From: Oscillospiraceae bacterium
GTDB taxonomy: Bacteria > Bacillota > Clostridia > Oscillospirales > CAG-272
NCBI GenBank assembly: GCA_015064845.1
Contig: SVRL01000006.1
Location: forward strand, 6,865 to 70,864
Direction: 5' to 3'
Length of the DNA stretch: 64,000 nt
The position numbers and the translations under genes are program-made. The notes beneath the pieces are model-generated. The model searched no databases. It worked only from the letters and a program-made list of their open reading frames with translations, and had not been told where the DNA came from. This document shows, one piece after another, positions 46,644-56,834 of this stretch. Position 1 is the first letter of the stretch. Every line of letters starts with the position of its first letter.

Positions 46644-49093
46644 TGGAGGCTTATACAAACACCGTCGGCGTACGCCTGCTGGATCTTCCCTTCTATCATC
46701 TGGACCGCGAATATTTCTATTACGTTCCGGACACGCTTTGTTTTTCTCCCGCCATCGGCGATTTTGCCGTTGTTCCGTTCGGCGGAGCCAACAAGAAGCA
46801 TATCGCCTTGATTACTTCCGTCGGGAAAACGAACGATTACGGAAAGCTCAAGCCCGTTCTTGCTCAGATCAACCGTTCTCTTTCTCTGACGGAAGAAATG
46901 ATGGAACTCATCCGCTTTCTCTGCGGACGAACCCTCTGCACAATGGGCGATGCCGTACGCAGACTGATTCCCGCCGATGCGTTTGCAAAAGCAACCGAGT
47001 TTTTTTCTCCGAAACCGATTGAACCTTGTATTCGGGATGCCTTCTCTGTGCGAATGAAAGCGGTTTTCGCTTTCATCGAATCCCATGCGCCCGTAAGGGA
47101 AGAACGCCTGACAAAAGAGTTCGGCACAGATGTTTCCCCCATTTTGCGTAAGCTCCTTTCCGAAGGACATATCTCTTCGGAACTGACCATCAAAGAAAGC
47201 AAAGGGGCTTCCACGGAGTTGATCTATCCTGTTTCGGATGCGGATACGGGAATCTTATTGAAACCTCGTACGCCCGAAGCGCAGCGCAAGCTTTTTTCGC
47301 GTATTTGCGAAGAAGAATACATTTCTTCTCAAACGCTCCTCGCCGAAGGGTATACCTCCGCGCAGATCAAGGCGCTTGTAAAAAAAGGACTGATCCAAAC
47401 CGAGAAAAAAGAATTTCTACGCAATCATTACGGAAATCTTTCCGTTTCCCCCTCCGAACTAAAACTTTCCGAAGAACAACAGCAAGCGTTTGAAACGCTT
47501 GCCGGTTTTATGGAAGAGCATAAACCGCACGCCGCACTCCTGCACGGAGTTACGGGAAGCGGAAAAACGAGCGTCGTGCTTGCGCTTTGCGAAAAAGCGC
47601 TTTCGATGAAAAGAAAAGCCGTCATTCTGATTCCCGAAATCGCGCTGACGTGGCAATCCGTGGAAGCTTTTACTTCCAGATTCGGAAAAAGAATCGCCGT
47701 CATGCACTCGGGTCTTTCCGACGGAGAGCGCTTTGATGCATATAAACGCATCCGCAGAGGCGACATTGATATCGTTCTCGGTACACGCTCCGCCATCTTT
47801 GCACCTATTTCCGATATCGGTCTGATCGTTATTGATGAAGAACAGGAGAGCGCATATAAATCCGATATGCCTCCGAAATATCACGCGCGCGACATTGCCA
47901 AACACAGAGCCGCGGCAAACAATTCCCTGCTTCTGATGGCTTCCGCAACCCCCTCCGTGGAAAGCCGCAGAGAAGCGGAAAAAGGAAACTATTCTCTGGT
48001 CAGACTGACCAAGCGATATACAGGTTCGGCACTCCCTACCGTAAAAATCGTGGATATGCGAAAAGAAACCCTCGAGGGAGAAGCGCAGATCGGAAGCGAG
48101 CTTCGCGCTCTTCTCTGCGAAAACTTTGAAAACGGCAAACAATCCATGCTGTTTCTCAATCGGAGAGGTTTTCACAGCATGCTTTCCTGCCACGCTTGCG
48201 GAGAGACTTTGCTTTGCCCCAACTGTTCCGTTTCCCTGACACATCACAAAACGGCAAAAGGAAGCCGTTTGATCTGCCATTACTGCGGACACAGCATTCC
48301 CATTCCCCATTTCTGTCCGAAATGCGCAAGCGAGCATTTGGGTTTCGGCGGATACGGCACCCAACTGATCGAAGAAGAAATTAAAAGCTTTCTGCCCAAT
48401 GCAAAAATTCTCCGCATGGATGCGGATACCACGAAAGAACGTTTTTCTCAGGATGAGATCACGGGAGCATTCAGCAGAGGCGAAGCTGATATTCTCGTCG
48501 GCACACAAATGATTGCCAAAGGTCATAATTTTCCGAAATTATCTCTGGTCGGTGTCGTTGCGGCAGATAATTCTCTGTTTTTGGATGATTTCCGCGCCAA
48601 TGAGCGCACGTTTTCTCTGATTACGCAGGTCATCGGACGCGCGGGACGTTCCGAAGGCGGCGGCATTGCCGTTATTCAGACATATAACCCCGATAACGAA
48701 ACCATCCGTCTTTCCGCAAAACAAGATTACGATGCGTTTTATAAAAATGAAATTGCCGTACGAAAAGCGCTTGTTTTTCCTCCGTTTTGCGATATTGCCG
48801 TGTTTTCCATCGGCGCAGACGAAGAAACAGAACTTCGTAATTTCGCAAAAGAGTTTTCCGAGGCGCTTGATAAAAAGCAGAAAACTGCTTTCAGCGACGT
48901 AAAAATGTTGACATTCGGTCCCTTTGAAGCGCCCGTTTTCAAAATCAAAAATAAATTTCGTATGCGCATCGTCATAAAATTCAAAAATAACAAACGTACC
49001 CGTGCGCTCTTTGAAGAATTGTTGCTTGAATACGGTAAAAAGGCGGCGGGAAAAATCTCGTTGTCCGTGGATATCAATCCTTCCGGAACCTGA
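46643..49093 (+). CDS. priA: Primosomal protein N'
   Basis: GVTGSGKT, DEEQ, CxxC zinc motifs, GTQMIAKGHNFP, QVIGRAGR. Confidence 0.96.
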   Translation: MEAYTNTVGVRLLDLPFYHLDREYFYYVPDTLCFSPAIGDFAVVPFGGANKKHIALITSVGKTNDYGKLKPVLAQINRSLSLTEEMMELIRFLCGRTLCTMGDAVRRLIPADAFAKATEFFSPKPIEPCIRDAFSVRMKAVFAFIESHAPVREERLTKEFGTDVSPILRKLLSEGHISSELTIKESKGASTELIYPVSDADTGILLKPRTPEAQRKLFSRICEEEYISSQTLLAEGYTSAQIKALVKKGLIQTEKKEFLRNHYGNLSVSPSELKLSEEQQQAFETLAGFMEEHKPHAALLHGVTGSGKTSVVLALCEKALSMKRKAVILIPEIALTWQSVEAFTSRFGKRIAVMHSGLSDGERFDAYKRIRRGDIDIVLGTRSAIFAPISDIGLIVIDEEQESAYKSDMPPKYHARDIAKHRAAANNSLLLMASATPSVESRREAEKGNYSLVRLTKRYTGSALPTVKIVDMRKETLEGEAQIGSELRALLCENFENGKQSMLFLNRRGFHSMLSCHACGETLLCPNCSVSLTHHKTAKGSRLICHYCGHSIPIPHFCPKCASEHLGFGGYGTQLIEEEIKSFLPNAKILRMDADTTKERFSQDEITGAFSRGEADILVGTQMIAKGHNFPKLSLVGVVAADNSLFLDDFRANERTFSLITQVIGRAGRSEGGGIAVIQTYNPDNETIRLSAKQDYDAFYKNEIAVRKALVFPPFCDIAVFSIGADEETELRNFAKEFSEALDKKQKTAFSDVKMLTFGPFEAPVFKIKNKFRMRIVIKFKNNKRTRALFEELLLEYGKKAAGKISLSVDINPSGT

Positions 49094-49161
49094 CGAAAAC
49101 CAATCATCTCTACAGATATCATAAAGAAAATTTGAAATGAAGAAAGGACTTTACTTTTATC

Positions 49162-49650
49162 ATGGCAAAACTCACAATCCTGAAAGAAGGCGAAGCAACG
49201 CTTCGCAAAACCTGCCGTCCCGTAACGGAAATTACAAAAAGAACTATCACGCTTCTTGACGATATGTTGGAAACCATGCGCCACGCAGACGGCGTAGGTC
49301 TTGCAGCACCCCAGGTCGGCGTTCTTCGCCGTATCGTTGTTATCGAAGTGGAAGAAGGCGAAGTCCTTGAACTCATCAATCCCGAAATTATTGAAGCATC
49401 CGGTTCCGTCAGCGGCGTGGAAGGCTGTCTTTCCGTTCCCGGAAAACAGGGCGTTGTAAAGCGTCCCGCTTATGTCCGTGTCCGCGCACTTGACAGAAAC
49501 GGCGTTATGCAGACATACGAAGGAACCGATCTTCTCGCAAGATGCTTCTGCCACGAAATCGACCATCTCGACGGCCACCTTTATGTTGATAAGGCCGATC
49601 GATTCCTCTATCCCGCCGAAGACGGCGAATATTACGACGATGAGGATTAA
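49162..49650 (+). CDS. def: Peptide deformylase
   Basis: GVGLAAPQ, EGCLS, HEIDH. Confidence 0.97.
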   Translation: MAKLTILKEGEATLRKTCRPVTEITKRTITLLDDMLETMRHADGVGLAAPQVGVLRRIVVIEVEEGEVLELINPEIIEASGSVSGVEGCLSVPGKQGVVKRPAYVRVRALDRNGVMQTYEGTDLLARCFCHEIDHLDGHLYVDKADRFLYPAEDGEYYDDED

Positions 49651-49688
49651 TCCTTAAAAAATCCAGCAAACGTAAGGAGAATAAAGTT

Positions 49689-50627
49689 ATGCGTATTTTA
49701 TTTATGGGTACACCCGAATTTGCAAGAACTGCGCTTTGGGAAATCCAAAAAGCATATCCCGGCGAAATCGTCGGTGTTATCACAAGACAAGACACTCCCA
49801 AAAACCGCGGACACATTATGACACCCCCTCCCGTAAAAACTGCCGCTCTTGAGCTCAGCATTCCCGTATATCAGCCTGTAAATCTCAAAAAGGAAAATTT
49901 TGCGGATATCTTACAGGAAATGAATCCCGATATCATCGTCGTGGTTGCATACGGCAAACTTCTGCCTCCTTACGTATTGGAATATCCCCGTTTCGGTTGC
50001 ATCAACATTCACGGTTCGATCCTTCCAAAATACAGAGGAGCCGCTCCCATCCAACGCGCAATTCTCGCGGGCGAAAAGGAAATGGGTGTTACCATCATCA
50101 AAATGGCGGAAGGACTTGATACCGGCGATATGTATGCAAAAGCAACCATGGACTCTTCCACGGGCAATTTCGAAGAAATTCACGACCGCCTTGCAGACCT
50201 CGGCGGTAAACTCGTTGTGGAAACCATGAAAAAAATCTTTGACGGCACTGCCGTTGCCGAACCGCAGGACGATGCCCTCTCCACTTACGCTTCCAAAATC
50301 GAAAAGGCAGACCGTATTCTTGATTTCAGCCAACCGGCAGAAATCATCATCAATAAAATCCGCACGTTTGCCCCCACCCCCGGTGCCGAAACGAAGCTTC
50401 CTTCGGGAAAAGTCAAAATCACTTCCGCAATCCGTCTGGATGAAGCACCCGAAGGCGAACCCGGAACGGTTGCCGCTCTTTCCGCAAAGGGCTTGGGACT
50501 TTTGACCGTCAATACCGTTGATGCCAAAATTAAAATCGAACGTCTGATTCCCGAAGGCAAAAAAGAAATGTCCGCAGGCGATTTTATCCGCGGCAGACGC
50601 ATTACGCAAACAGACCGTTTTGAATAA
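49689..50627 (+). CDS. fmt: Methionyl-tRNA formyltransferase
   Basis: FMGTPEFA, NIHGSILPKYRGAAPIQ, LDTGD. Confidence 0.97.
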   Translation: MRILFMGTPEFARTALWEIQKAYPGEIVGVITRQDTPKNRGHIMTPPPVKTAALELSIPVYQPVNLKKENFADILQEMNPDIIVVVAYGKLLPPYVLEYPRFGCINIHGSILPKYRGAAPIQRAILAGEKEMGVTIIKMAEGLDTGDMYAKATMDSSTGNFEEIHDRLADLGGKLVVETMKKIFDGTAVAEPQDDALSTYASKIEKADRILDFSQPAEIIINKIRTFAPTPGAETKLPSGKVKITSAIRLDEAPEGEPGTVAALSAKGLGLLTVNTVDAKIKIERLIPEGKKEMSAGDFIRGRRITQTDRFE

Positions 50628-50721
50628 GAGGACAACGCCCGCCGTACAACTCAGTTTTTCTAAGTTTTATTTATATTCAAATCATGCAAAACGGCAAGAT
50701 TGATTTTCTATAATTTCTTAT
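50628..50721 (+). repeat. Dispersed leader element, copy C
   Basis: Exact 17-mer ATGCAAAACGGCAAGAT (50684-50700) shared with copy A, plus CAACGCCCGC. Confidence 0.8.
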
Positions 50722-50745
50722 CATTTAAGAAAGGACTTCTCCATC

Positions 50746-52059
50746 ATGAACGCAAGAGAATCCGCTTTCCTCTCTCTCCAGAAATATGAAAACAGCGGCG
50801 TATATTCCAACATTGAGCTTTCTTACGCCATTGAACGCGGCAATCTGGAAGGCTCGGAAAAATCGCTGTACACCGCTCTCTTTTACGGCGTAATCGAACG
50901 CAAGCTGACCTTGGATTATTATATTTCTCTCCTTTCCGACCGCAAAGATATCGACATGAACGTCCGCATCATTTTGCGGCTGGGTTTGTATCAGCTTCTT
51001 TATATGACCAAAATTCCCGAATCCGCAGCCGTCAACGAAAGCGTTAAGCTCGCAACCCGCTTTTACGCAAGAAAAAACAGCGGAAATTACGTCAACGCCG
51101 TTTTAAGAAGTTTTTTGCGCAAAAAAGACGGTCTTGCTCTCCCCGATGAAAATAAAGAACCTTTTCGCAGACTTTCCGTGGAATATTCCGTTCCAGAATG
51201 GATCTGCCGTTTGTGGGCGAATGCTTACGGAAAAGAAAAAACCGTACGCATCTTAAAAACAGTCAACAATCATCCCTCACTGACCTTAACGGTCAACACT
51301 TTGAAAACCATGCCCGCCGCACTTTCGGAAGCATTGAATCTCGCAGGAATCAAAGCTGAGATCAGTCCCGTTTCCAAATACAGCATTCTGCTGGACGGCG
51401 CAGTACCGATGAGCCGTCTCGAACCCTTTGAAGGACAATTTTTCGTTCAGGATGAAGCATCCGCTCTTTGCGTTGCGGCAATGGATGCCAAACCCGGAGA
51501 AAGTATTCTGGATGCATGTGCCTGCCCCGGCGGAAAAAGCTTCGGAATGGCAATGTCCATGCAAAACAAGGGCGTGATCCGTTCGCTTGACTTGCATAAA
51601 AATAAGCTTTCGCTGATTGAAACGGGCGCGCAGAAATTGGGAATTTCCATCATTGAAACAGGCGTGCAAAACGCATCCGTACACAATTCCGAAATGCCCG
51701 TTTTCGATAAGATTCTCTGCGACGCTCCCTGTTCGGGACTTGGTGTCATCGCCAAAAAACCCGATATCCGTTATAAATCCGAAGAAGATATTACCCGTCT
51801 TCCCCTTCTGCAAGCCAAGATCCTTGAAACCAACGCCGCATATCTGAAAGAGGGCGGCACGCTCGTTTATTCCACTTGTACGCTGAATCCCGCAGAAAAC
51901 CGTGAGATCGTGGAAGGCTTCCTGAAAAACCATCCCGAATTTTCCCTTTGCCCCTTCCGTGCAGGAATTGCCGTTTGCGACGGTATGCTGGAAATTCTTC
52001 CCTACGAATACGGAACCGACGGCTTCTTCATTGCAAAGCTGTGCAAGAAAAAAGTCTGA
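50746..52059 (+). CDS. rsmB: 16S rRNA m5C967 methyltransferase
   Basis: NusB-like N-terminus; DACACPGGKS, DAPCSG.G, YSTCT. Confidence 0.95.
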   Translation: MNARESAFLSLQKYENSGVYSNIELSYAIERGNLEGSEKSLYTALFYGVIERKLTLDYYISLLSDRKDIDMNVRIILRLGLYQLLYMTKIPESAAVNESVKLATRFYARKNSGNYVNAVLRSFLRKKDGLALPDENKEPFRRLSVEYSVPEWICRLWANAYGKEKTVRILKTVNNHPSLTLTVNTLKTMPAALSEALNLAGIKAEISPVSKYSILLDGAVPMSRLEPFEGQFFVQDEASALCVAAMDAKPGESILDACACPGGKSFGMAMSMQNKGVIRSLDLHKNKLSLIETGAQKLGISIIETGVQNASVHNSEMPVFDKILCDAPCSGLGVIAKKPDIRYKSEEDITRLPLLQAKILETNAAYLKEGGTLVYSTCTLNPAENREIVEGFLKNHPEFSLCPFRAGIAVCDGMLEILPYEYGTDGFFIAKLCKKKV

Positions 52060-52090
52060 AAGTCTAAACACGCCGTGAAAGGAACGTTTT

Positions 52091-53125
52091 ATGGAAAAAA
52101 TTGATATTTTAAGCATGAATAAAGAGGAACTGACCGCATATATCGTGTCCCTCGGCGAACCGAAATTCCGCGCTTCCCAGATTTGGGGTTGGCTTCTCAA
52201 AGGCGCTGACTTTTCCGAAATGAAAAATCTTCCTGCCGCACTTCGCGCAAAGCTTGCGGAAAACGCTTTCGTGGCTTCCGCAAAAATTGCCAAAAAATTC
52301 GTTTCCAAGGATGGAACGATCAAATATCTTTACGAACTTTACGACGGCGAGAGAATCGAATCCGTTTTCATGCGTTATAAGCATGGAAACACCATCTGTC
52401 TTTCTACAGAAGCAGGTTGTCCGATGGGTTGCGCTTTTTGCGCTTCAACCTTAAAAGGACTTTCACGCCGACTTTTGCCTTCGGAAATACTTTCCCAGAT
52501 TCTTTCCACACAAAAAGACACGGGCGAACGTGTGGACGGTATTGTGCTGATGGGAATCGGAGAACCTCTTGACAATTATGACAATGTCATCAAATTTCTC
52601 CGTCTGGTCGGTTCTCCCGACGGTCTGAATATCGGTTACCGACACATTTCCCTTTCCACCTGCGGATTGGTAGACCGCATGGAAAAGCTTGCCAAAGAAA
52701 ATCTGCCCATCACGCTTTCCATTTCCCTTCACGCAGCAGATGATCAAACACGCTCTTCTCTTATGCCCGTAAATAAACGTTGGAACATCGAACAGCTTCT
52801 GAAAGCTTGCCGTTCTTATTTTGATCAAACGGGAAGAAGACTTTCCTTTGAATATACTTTGGTGCGCGGAAAAAATGATTCTACGGCTGATGCCAATCGT
52901 TTGGCTGATGTTCTTTACCGTTATTGCTCGGGTATGCCTTTACACGTAAATCTGATTCCCGTCAACAACGTAGAAGAAAGAGGATTTTTGCCAAGTGAAA
53001 AATCGGGAATCGAAGCTTTTGCCGCCACTTTGGAAGGCAGAAAAATTACTGCAACGGTACGTCGCAAACTCGGTTCCGATATCGATGCATCCTGCGGACA
53101 GCTCCGCGCAGAACATAGTTCTTAA
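52091..53125 (+). CDS. rlmN: 23S rRNA m2A2503 / tRNA methyltransferase RlmN
   Basis: CPMGCAFC radical SAM motif, MGIGEPL, DIDASCGQL. Confidence 0.96.
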   Translation: MEKIDILSMNKEELTAYIVSLGEPKFRASQIWGWLLKGADFSEMKNLPAALRAKLAENAFVASAKIAKKFVSKDGTIKYLYELYDGERIESVFMRYKHGNTICLSTEAGCPMGCAFCASTLKGLSRRLLPSEILSQILSTQKDTGERVDGIVLMGIGEPLDNYDNVIKFLRLVGSPDGLNIGYRHISLSTCGLVDRMEKLAKENLPITLSISLHAADDQTRSSLMPVNKRWNIEQLLKACRSYFDQTGRRLSFEYTLVRGKNDSTADANRLADVLYRYCSGMPLHVNLIPVNNVEERGFLPSEKSGIEAFAATLEGRKITATVRRKLGSDIDASCGQLRAEHSS

Positions 53126-53211
53126 CCCGAATCAAAAGATTCGTTACCATATAAATGAAAGATTACGGGCATTGCCCAACGCAGTGCTCCGGAAAGGAAT
53201 GAAATACATCA

Positions 53212-53988
53212 ATGAAATTTTGCGGAAAAACCGATGTCGGTATGCACCGACAGGTAAACCAAGACAGTTACCGAGCGCTTCGCGTCTGGAATGACGAAGC
53301 TACGCTTCTCGTGGTTTGCGACGGTATGGGCGGTCATAAAGCAGGCGAAATCGCAAGCAGTACCGCCGTGGATATTTTTTGTGAGAAAATCGCCTCCTCG
53401 CCCTGTGAGGAAACCGAACCCGATAAAATACTGGAATTTATCCGCTACACACTCGTATGCGCAGCTTCGGAAGCAAACGCCGCCATTTTCCATCTTGCCG
53501 ATGAAAACGATGAATATCAGGGCATGGGCACCACAATGGTTGCCGCCATCATTTACAAAGACTATTTTTATGCTATCAATATCGGCGACAGCCGTTTTTA
53601 TATCGTTACAAAAGAAGAAACTACCCTTGTTACCAAAGACCATTCCTTCGTGCAATATCTGATTGACAACGGAAAGCTTTCCGAAGAAGAAGCCAAAGAT
53701 TGTCCCCGTAAGAACGTCATTACCCGTGCGGTCGGCATCTCCGATAAGTTGGACGTGGATTTCTTCAGCGCGCCTCTTGCGCCTTGGGAAAGCGGATATC
53801 TTGTTCTCTGCTCAGACGGTCTTTCCAATTATCTGGACCAAAAAGCCATGGAAGAAATTCTTTTTGCTCCCTCCCATTGGTTTGTATCTCAGGAAGAAGA
53901 TCTTGCCCGAAAAGCGGATGCTTTGATTGCTTTTGCCAACGATAAAGGCGGAAGTGATAACATCACTGCCGTTCTCGCCCGTTTTTAA
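53212..53988 (+). CDS. stp: PP2C-family Ser/Thr phosphatase (Stp1/PrpC)
   Basis: NQDS, VCDGMGGH, CSDGL, GSDNIT. Confidence 0.92.
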   Translation: MKFCGKTDVGMHRQVNQDSYRALRVWNDEATLLVVCDGMGGHKAGEIASSTAVDIFCEKIASSPCEETEPDKILEFIRYTLVCAASEANAAIFHLADENDEYQGMGTTMVAAIIYKDYFYAINIGDSRFYIVTKEETTLVTKDHSFVQYLIDNGKLSEEEAKDCPRKNVITRAVGISDKLDVDFFSAPLAPWESGYLVLCSDGLSNYLDQKAMEEILFAPSHWFVSQEEDLARKADALIAFANDKGGSDNITAVLARF

Positions 53989-54023
53989 GCTGTAAGACAT
54001 CGACATAACGAAAGGATATAGCC

Positions 54024-55286
54024 ATGGACGTTTGGAAAAAACACATAAACGCAATCTTTGACGGACGATATCAGATCGTTGATACTGTCGGCGAAGGCGG
54101 AATGGCAGTCGTTTATAAAGCAACAGACTTAAAAACGGGAGACACCGTTGCTTTGAAAATGCTGAAAGACTCCATTTCCGATAATCCGCAAGCATTGCGC
54201 CGTTTCATCAACGAATCCAAAGCGGTTGCCATGATGGATCATGCAAATATCGTAAAGATTCTTGATGTTTCCGTTAAAACAGAACATAAATTTATCGTCA
54301 TGGAATACATTAAAGGTATTACCCTGCGCGATTACATGACAAAAAAAGTAAGGCTGAGCTGGCAAGAAGCCACAGCTTTTCTTGCGCAAATTCTGCAAGC
54401 ACTGGACCACGCGCATATGAGAGGCGTTATTCACAGAGATATCAAACCGCAGAACATCATGGTCATGGAAGGCGGTTTCATTAAGGTTGCCGATTTCGGG
54501 ATTGCAAAACTGCCGAATGCGGAAACCGTTACCATGATCGACCATGCTGTCGGAACAATCTATTATATCAGCCCCGAACAGGCAAGAGGCAAAAAAATCG
54601 ACCCCAGAAGCGATCTTTATTCGCTCGGCGTCATGTTTTATGAAATGCTGACGGGAGAGCTTCCGTTTATGGCGGACACTTCATACGCCATTATGACCAA
54701 GCACATCAATGAAGCACCCACACCTCCCAGACAGCTTGTACCTCAGTTGCCCGTCGGCATTGAACAAATCATTCTTTGTTCGATGGAGAAAGATCCTGCG
54801 CGCCGTTATCAGAGTGCGTCGCAAATGCTCCGCCACATTTACCGTATTCAGCAAAATCCCACCACTGTTTTTCAAAAACAACCCTCTCAACCCCGTACGA
54901 CAAATGCAGATATCGTTGCTAAAAAAGCAGAGGGGAACTCCGATCAATATATTATCAAAGCTCAACAAACGGTCAATACACCGATGACTGAACACAAACC
55001 AACCAGACCGCAAAACGCGGGTGCCCGTCAATCCTATGCGCAAACAAACACGAAAAAACCAACGCAGTTACCAAATCCGAACAGAAAAAAATCGGAAAGC
55101 GCTCCTTTTTCCGTTGTCATTTTAATTTGCGCAATTTTCTTTATCCTTGCCGCCATCGGATTTTTTATGCTTTTCAATATGCTTTACGGACCAAGTGCTT
55201 CGTCGACGGATACATCTTTGATTTCTCCGGTACAAAATTACTTTTTATGCCGAATGGGAATCGGAACAGGAATGAGATTCTTATGA
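54024..55286 (+). CDS. pknB: Hanks-type Ser/Thr kinase (PknB/PrkC position), TM-anchored, no PASTA domains
   Basis: GEGGMAVVY, HRDIKPQN, DFGIA, GTIYYISPEQ; single TM then about 30 aa. Confidence 0.9.
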   Translation: MDVWKKHINAIFDGRYQIVDTVGEGGMAVVYKATDLKTGDTVALKMLKDSISDNPQALRRFINESKAVAMMDHANIVKILDVSVKTEHKFIVMEYIKGITLRDYMTKKVRLSWQEATAFLAQILQALDHAHMRGVIHRDIKPQNIMVMEGGFIKVADFGIAKLPNAETVTMIDHAVGTIYYISPEQARGKKIDPRSDLYSLGVMFYEMLTGELPFMADTSYAIMTKHINEAPTPPRQLVPQLPVGIEQIILCSMEKDPARRYQSASQMLRHIYRIQQNPTTVFQKQPSQPRTTNADIVAKKAEGNSDQYIIKAQQTVNTPMTEHKPTRPQNAGARQSYAQTNTKKPTQLPNPNRKKSESAPFSVVILICAIFFILAAIGFFMLFNMLYGPSASSTDTSLISPVQNYFLCRMGIGTGMRFL

Positions 55287-56221
55287 CGGAAAATTTAAAT
55301 GGTATTATCGTAAGCGGTGTCGGCGGACTTTATTTCGTCCGCGCCGAAAGCGGAGAAGTTTTTCCCTGCCGTGCCAAAGGGGCCTTCCGCAAAAAAGGGC
55401 TTTCTCCTCTTGCGGGAGATACGGTTTCCATCCGTCCGCCCGAAGTCAGCGGAAAGGAATATTTCATTGAAGCGATCGCAGAGAGAAAAAATTCACTGAT
55501 CCGACCTCCTATGGCAAATCTGCAAACGCTTTTCGTTACGTTTGCGCCAAAAAACCCCGAACCCAGTACGCTTTATCTGGATAAGCTCTTATCCATTGCG
55601 GTCTTTAACCGCATTACCCCCGTCGTCGTCATTACCAAATCGGATATTTCTCCCGAATTGGCAGAACATTACGCGGAAATTTATAAAAAAGCAGGATTTC
55701 CCGTCTTTGTTTCTTCTTCCGAAAACGGAGAAGGCGTGGAAGCATTGAAGGATCATATTTCTTCTTTGGATGGAATCTGCGCTTTCGCGGGAGCTTCAGG
55801 CGTTGGAAAATCCACGCTGATGAATGCTCTCTTCCCTTCTCTCGCATTGGATACGGGTGCGCTCTCCGAAAAGATTTCCCGCGGTAAACACACCACCCGA
55901 AGCGTAACGCTTTATCCCATGAAGGAGCTCCTCGATTCTGCTCCCGATTCCGCTTACATTGCGGACACACCCGGATTTTCCATGCTGGATTTCATTGAAT
56001 TTGATTTCTATTCCGTGGAAGATCTTCCCCATTGCTTCCCCGAATTTGAACCGTATCTTTCCGAGTGCCGTTACACGGATTGCTCTCACACCAAAGAATC
56101 CGCAAGCGACTGCGCCATTGCGGCGGCAATCGAACAGGGAAAGATCTCCAAGGAACGGCACGAAAGTTATCTTTCCATTTATGCCGACCTTGTCGGAAAA
56201 CGCCCTTGGAAGAAAAAATGA
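55283..56221 (+). CDS. rsgA: Ribosome small subunit-dependent GTPase A
   Basis: TKSD, GASGVGKS, GKHTT, DTPGF, C.Y.DC.H; ATGA overlap with the kinase. Confidence 0.95.
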   Translation: MTENLNGIIVSGVGGLYFVRAESGEVFPCRAKGAFRKKGLSPLAGDTVSIRPPEVSGKEYFIEAIAERKNSLIRPPMANLQTLFVTFAPKNPEPSTLYLDKLLSIAVFNRITPVVVITKSDISPELAEHYAEIYKKAGFPVFVSSSENGEGVEALKDHISSLDGICAFAGASGVGKSTLMNALFPSLALDTGALSEKISRGKHTTRSVTLYPMKELLDSAPDSAYIADTPGFSMLDFIEFDFYSVEDLPHCFPEFEPYLSECRYTDCSHTKESASDCAIAAAIEQGKISKERHESYLSIYADLVGKRPWKKK

Positions 56222-56234
56222 TTGAATCTATCAT

Positions 56235-56277
56235 AAAAATCAACGCTCCGTAGCTTTTTACGGAGCGTTGATTTTTA
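56235..56277. terminator. Bidirectional terminator
   Basis: AAAATCAACGCTCCGTA/TACGGAGCGTTGATTTT. Confidence 0.8.
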
Positions 56278-56278
56278 G

Positions 56279-56776
56279 TCAATCTTTTCCTGCTGAAAAC
56301 TCACTGTCAAACACGGTTGCAATTTGGTATACATCAGATTTACTGATTATATTCGCCTCATAGGCTTCTTCAACTGTGTAAAAATATCCATTCCGATAGA
56401 CATAGACAGGCTGCCCATCAGAAAAACAAAAAGTATATCCTGCAACATGAACCGGTCTGAATGCTTGGGTATATATCATTCCGTCTCCACCCATCATCAC
56501 AATATGCCCACTTCCAACTTCTCCTTCGTAGCGAGAAACAAATATATCCGATGCCTGAAAAGTACATTCACCTCCAAAATTTTTCTCACACGCAAATCGA
56601 AAATATGCTGTTTTAATTTCAGATGACAATTCCCGGTTCATGTTTTGACAATCATTTTCATGAATAGGCAATAACAATTCGGAAGAATCCGTCAAATAAT
56701 CATCAGGTATATCAGCACAAGAAGCAAATGTAACAAAAAGAAAAATTGTAAGTAACAAAACAATATACTTTTTCAT
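56279..56776 (-). CDS. Hypothetical lipoprotein
   Basis: MKKYIVLLL...FAS-C lipobox after RBS AGGGAGG. Confidence 0.7.
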   Translation of the reverse strand: MKKYIVLLLTIFLFVTFASCADIPDDYLTDSSELLLPIHENDCQNMNRELSSEIKTAYFRFACEKNFGGECTFQASDIFVSRYEGEVGSGHIVMMGGDGMIYTQAFRPVHVAGYTFCFSDGQPVYVYRNGYFYTVEEAYEANIISKSDVYQIATVFDSEFSAGKD

Positions 56777-56834
56777 ATAACCCTCCCTTAACATATCAGG
56801 AATAATATTTATAATTTTTAGATATATGGATTCA

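Noticed and set aside
39389-53125. Many 100-355-aa minus-strand ORFs over the SPFH, priA, def, fmt and rsmB genes
   Set aside because: Shadow frames caused by codon bias of the well-supported + strand genes.
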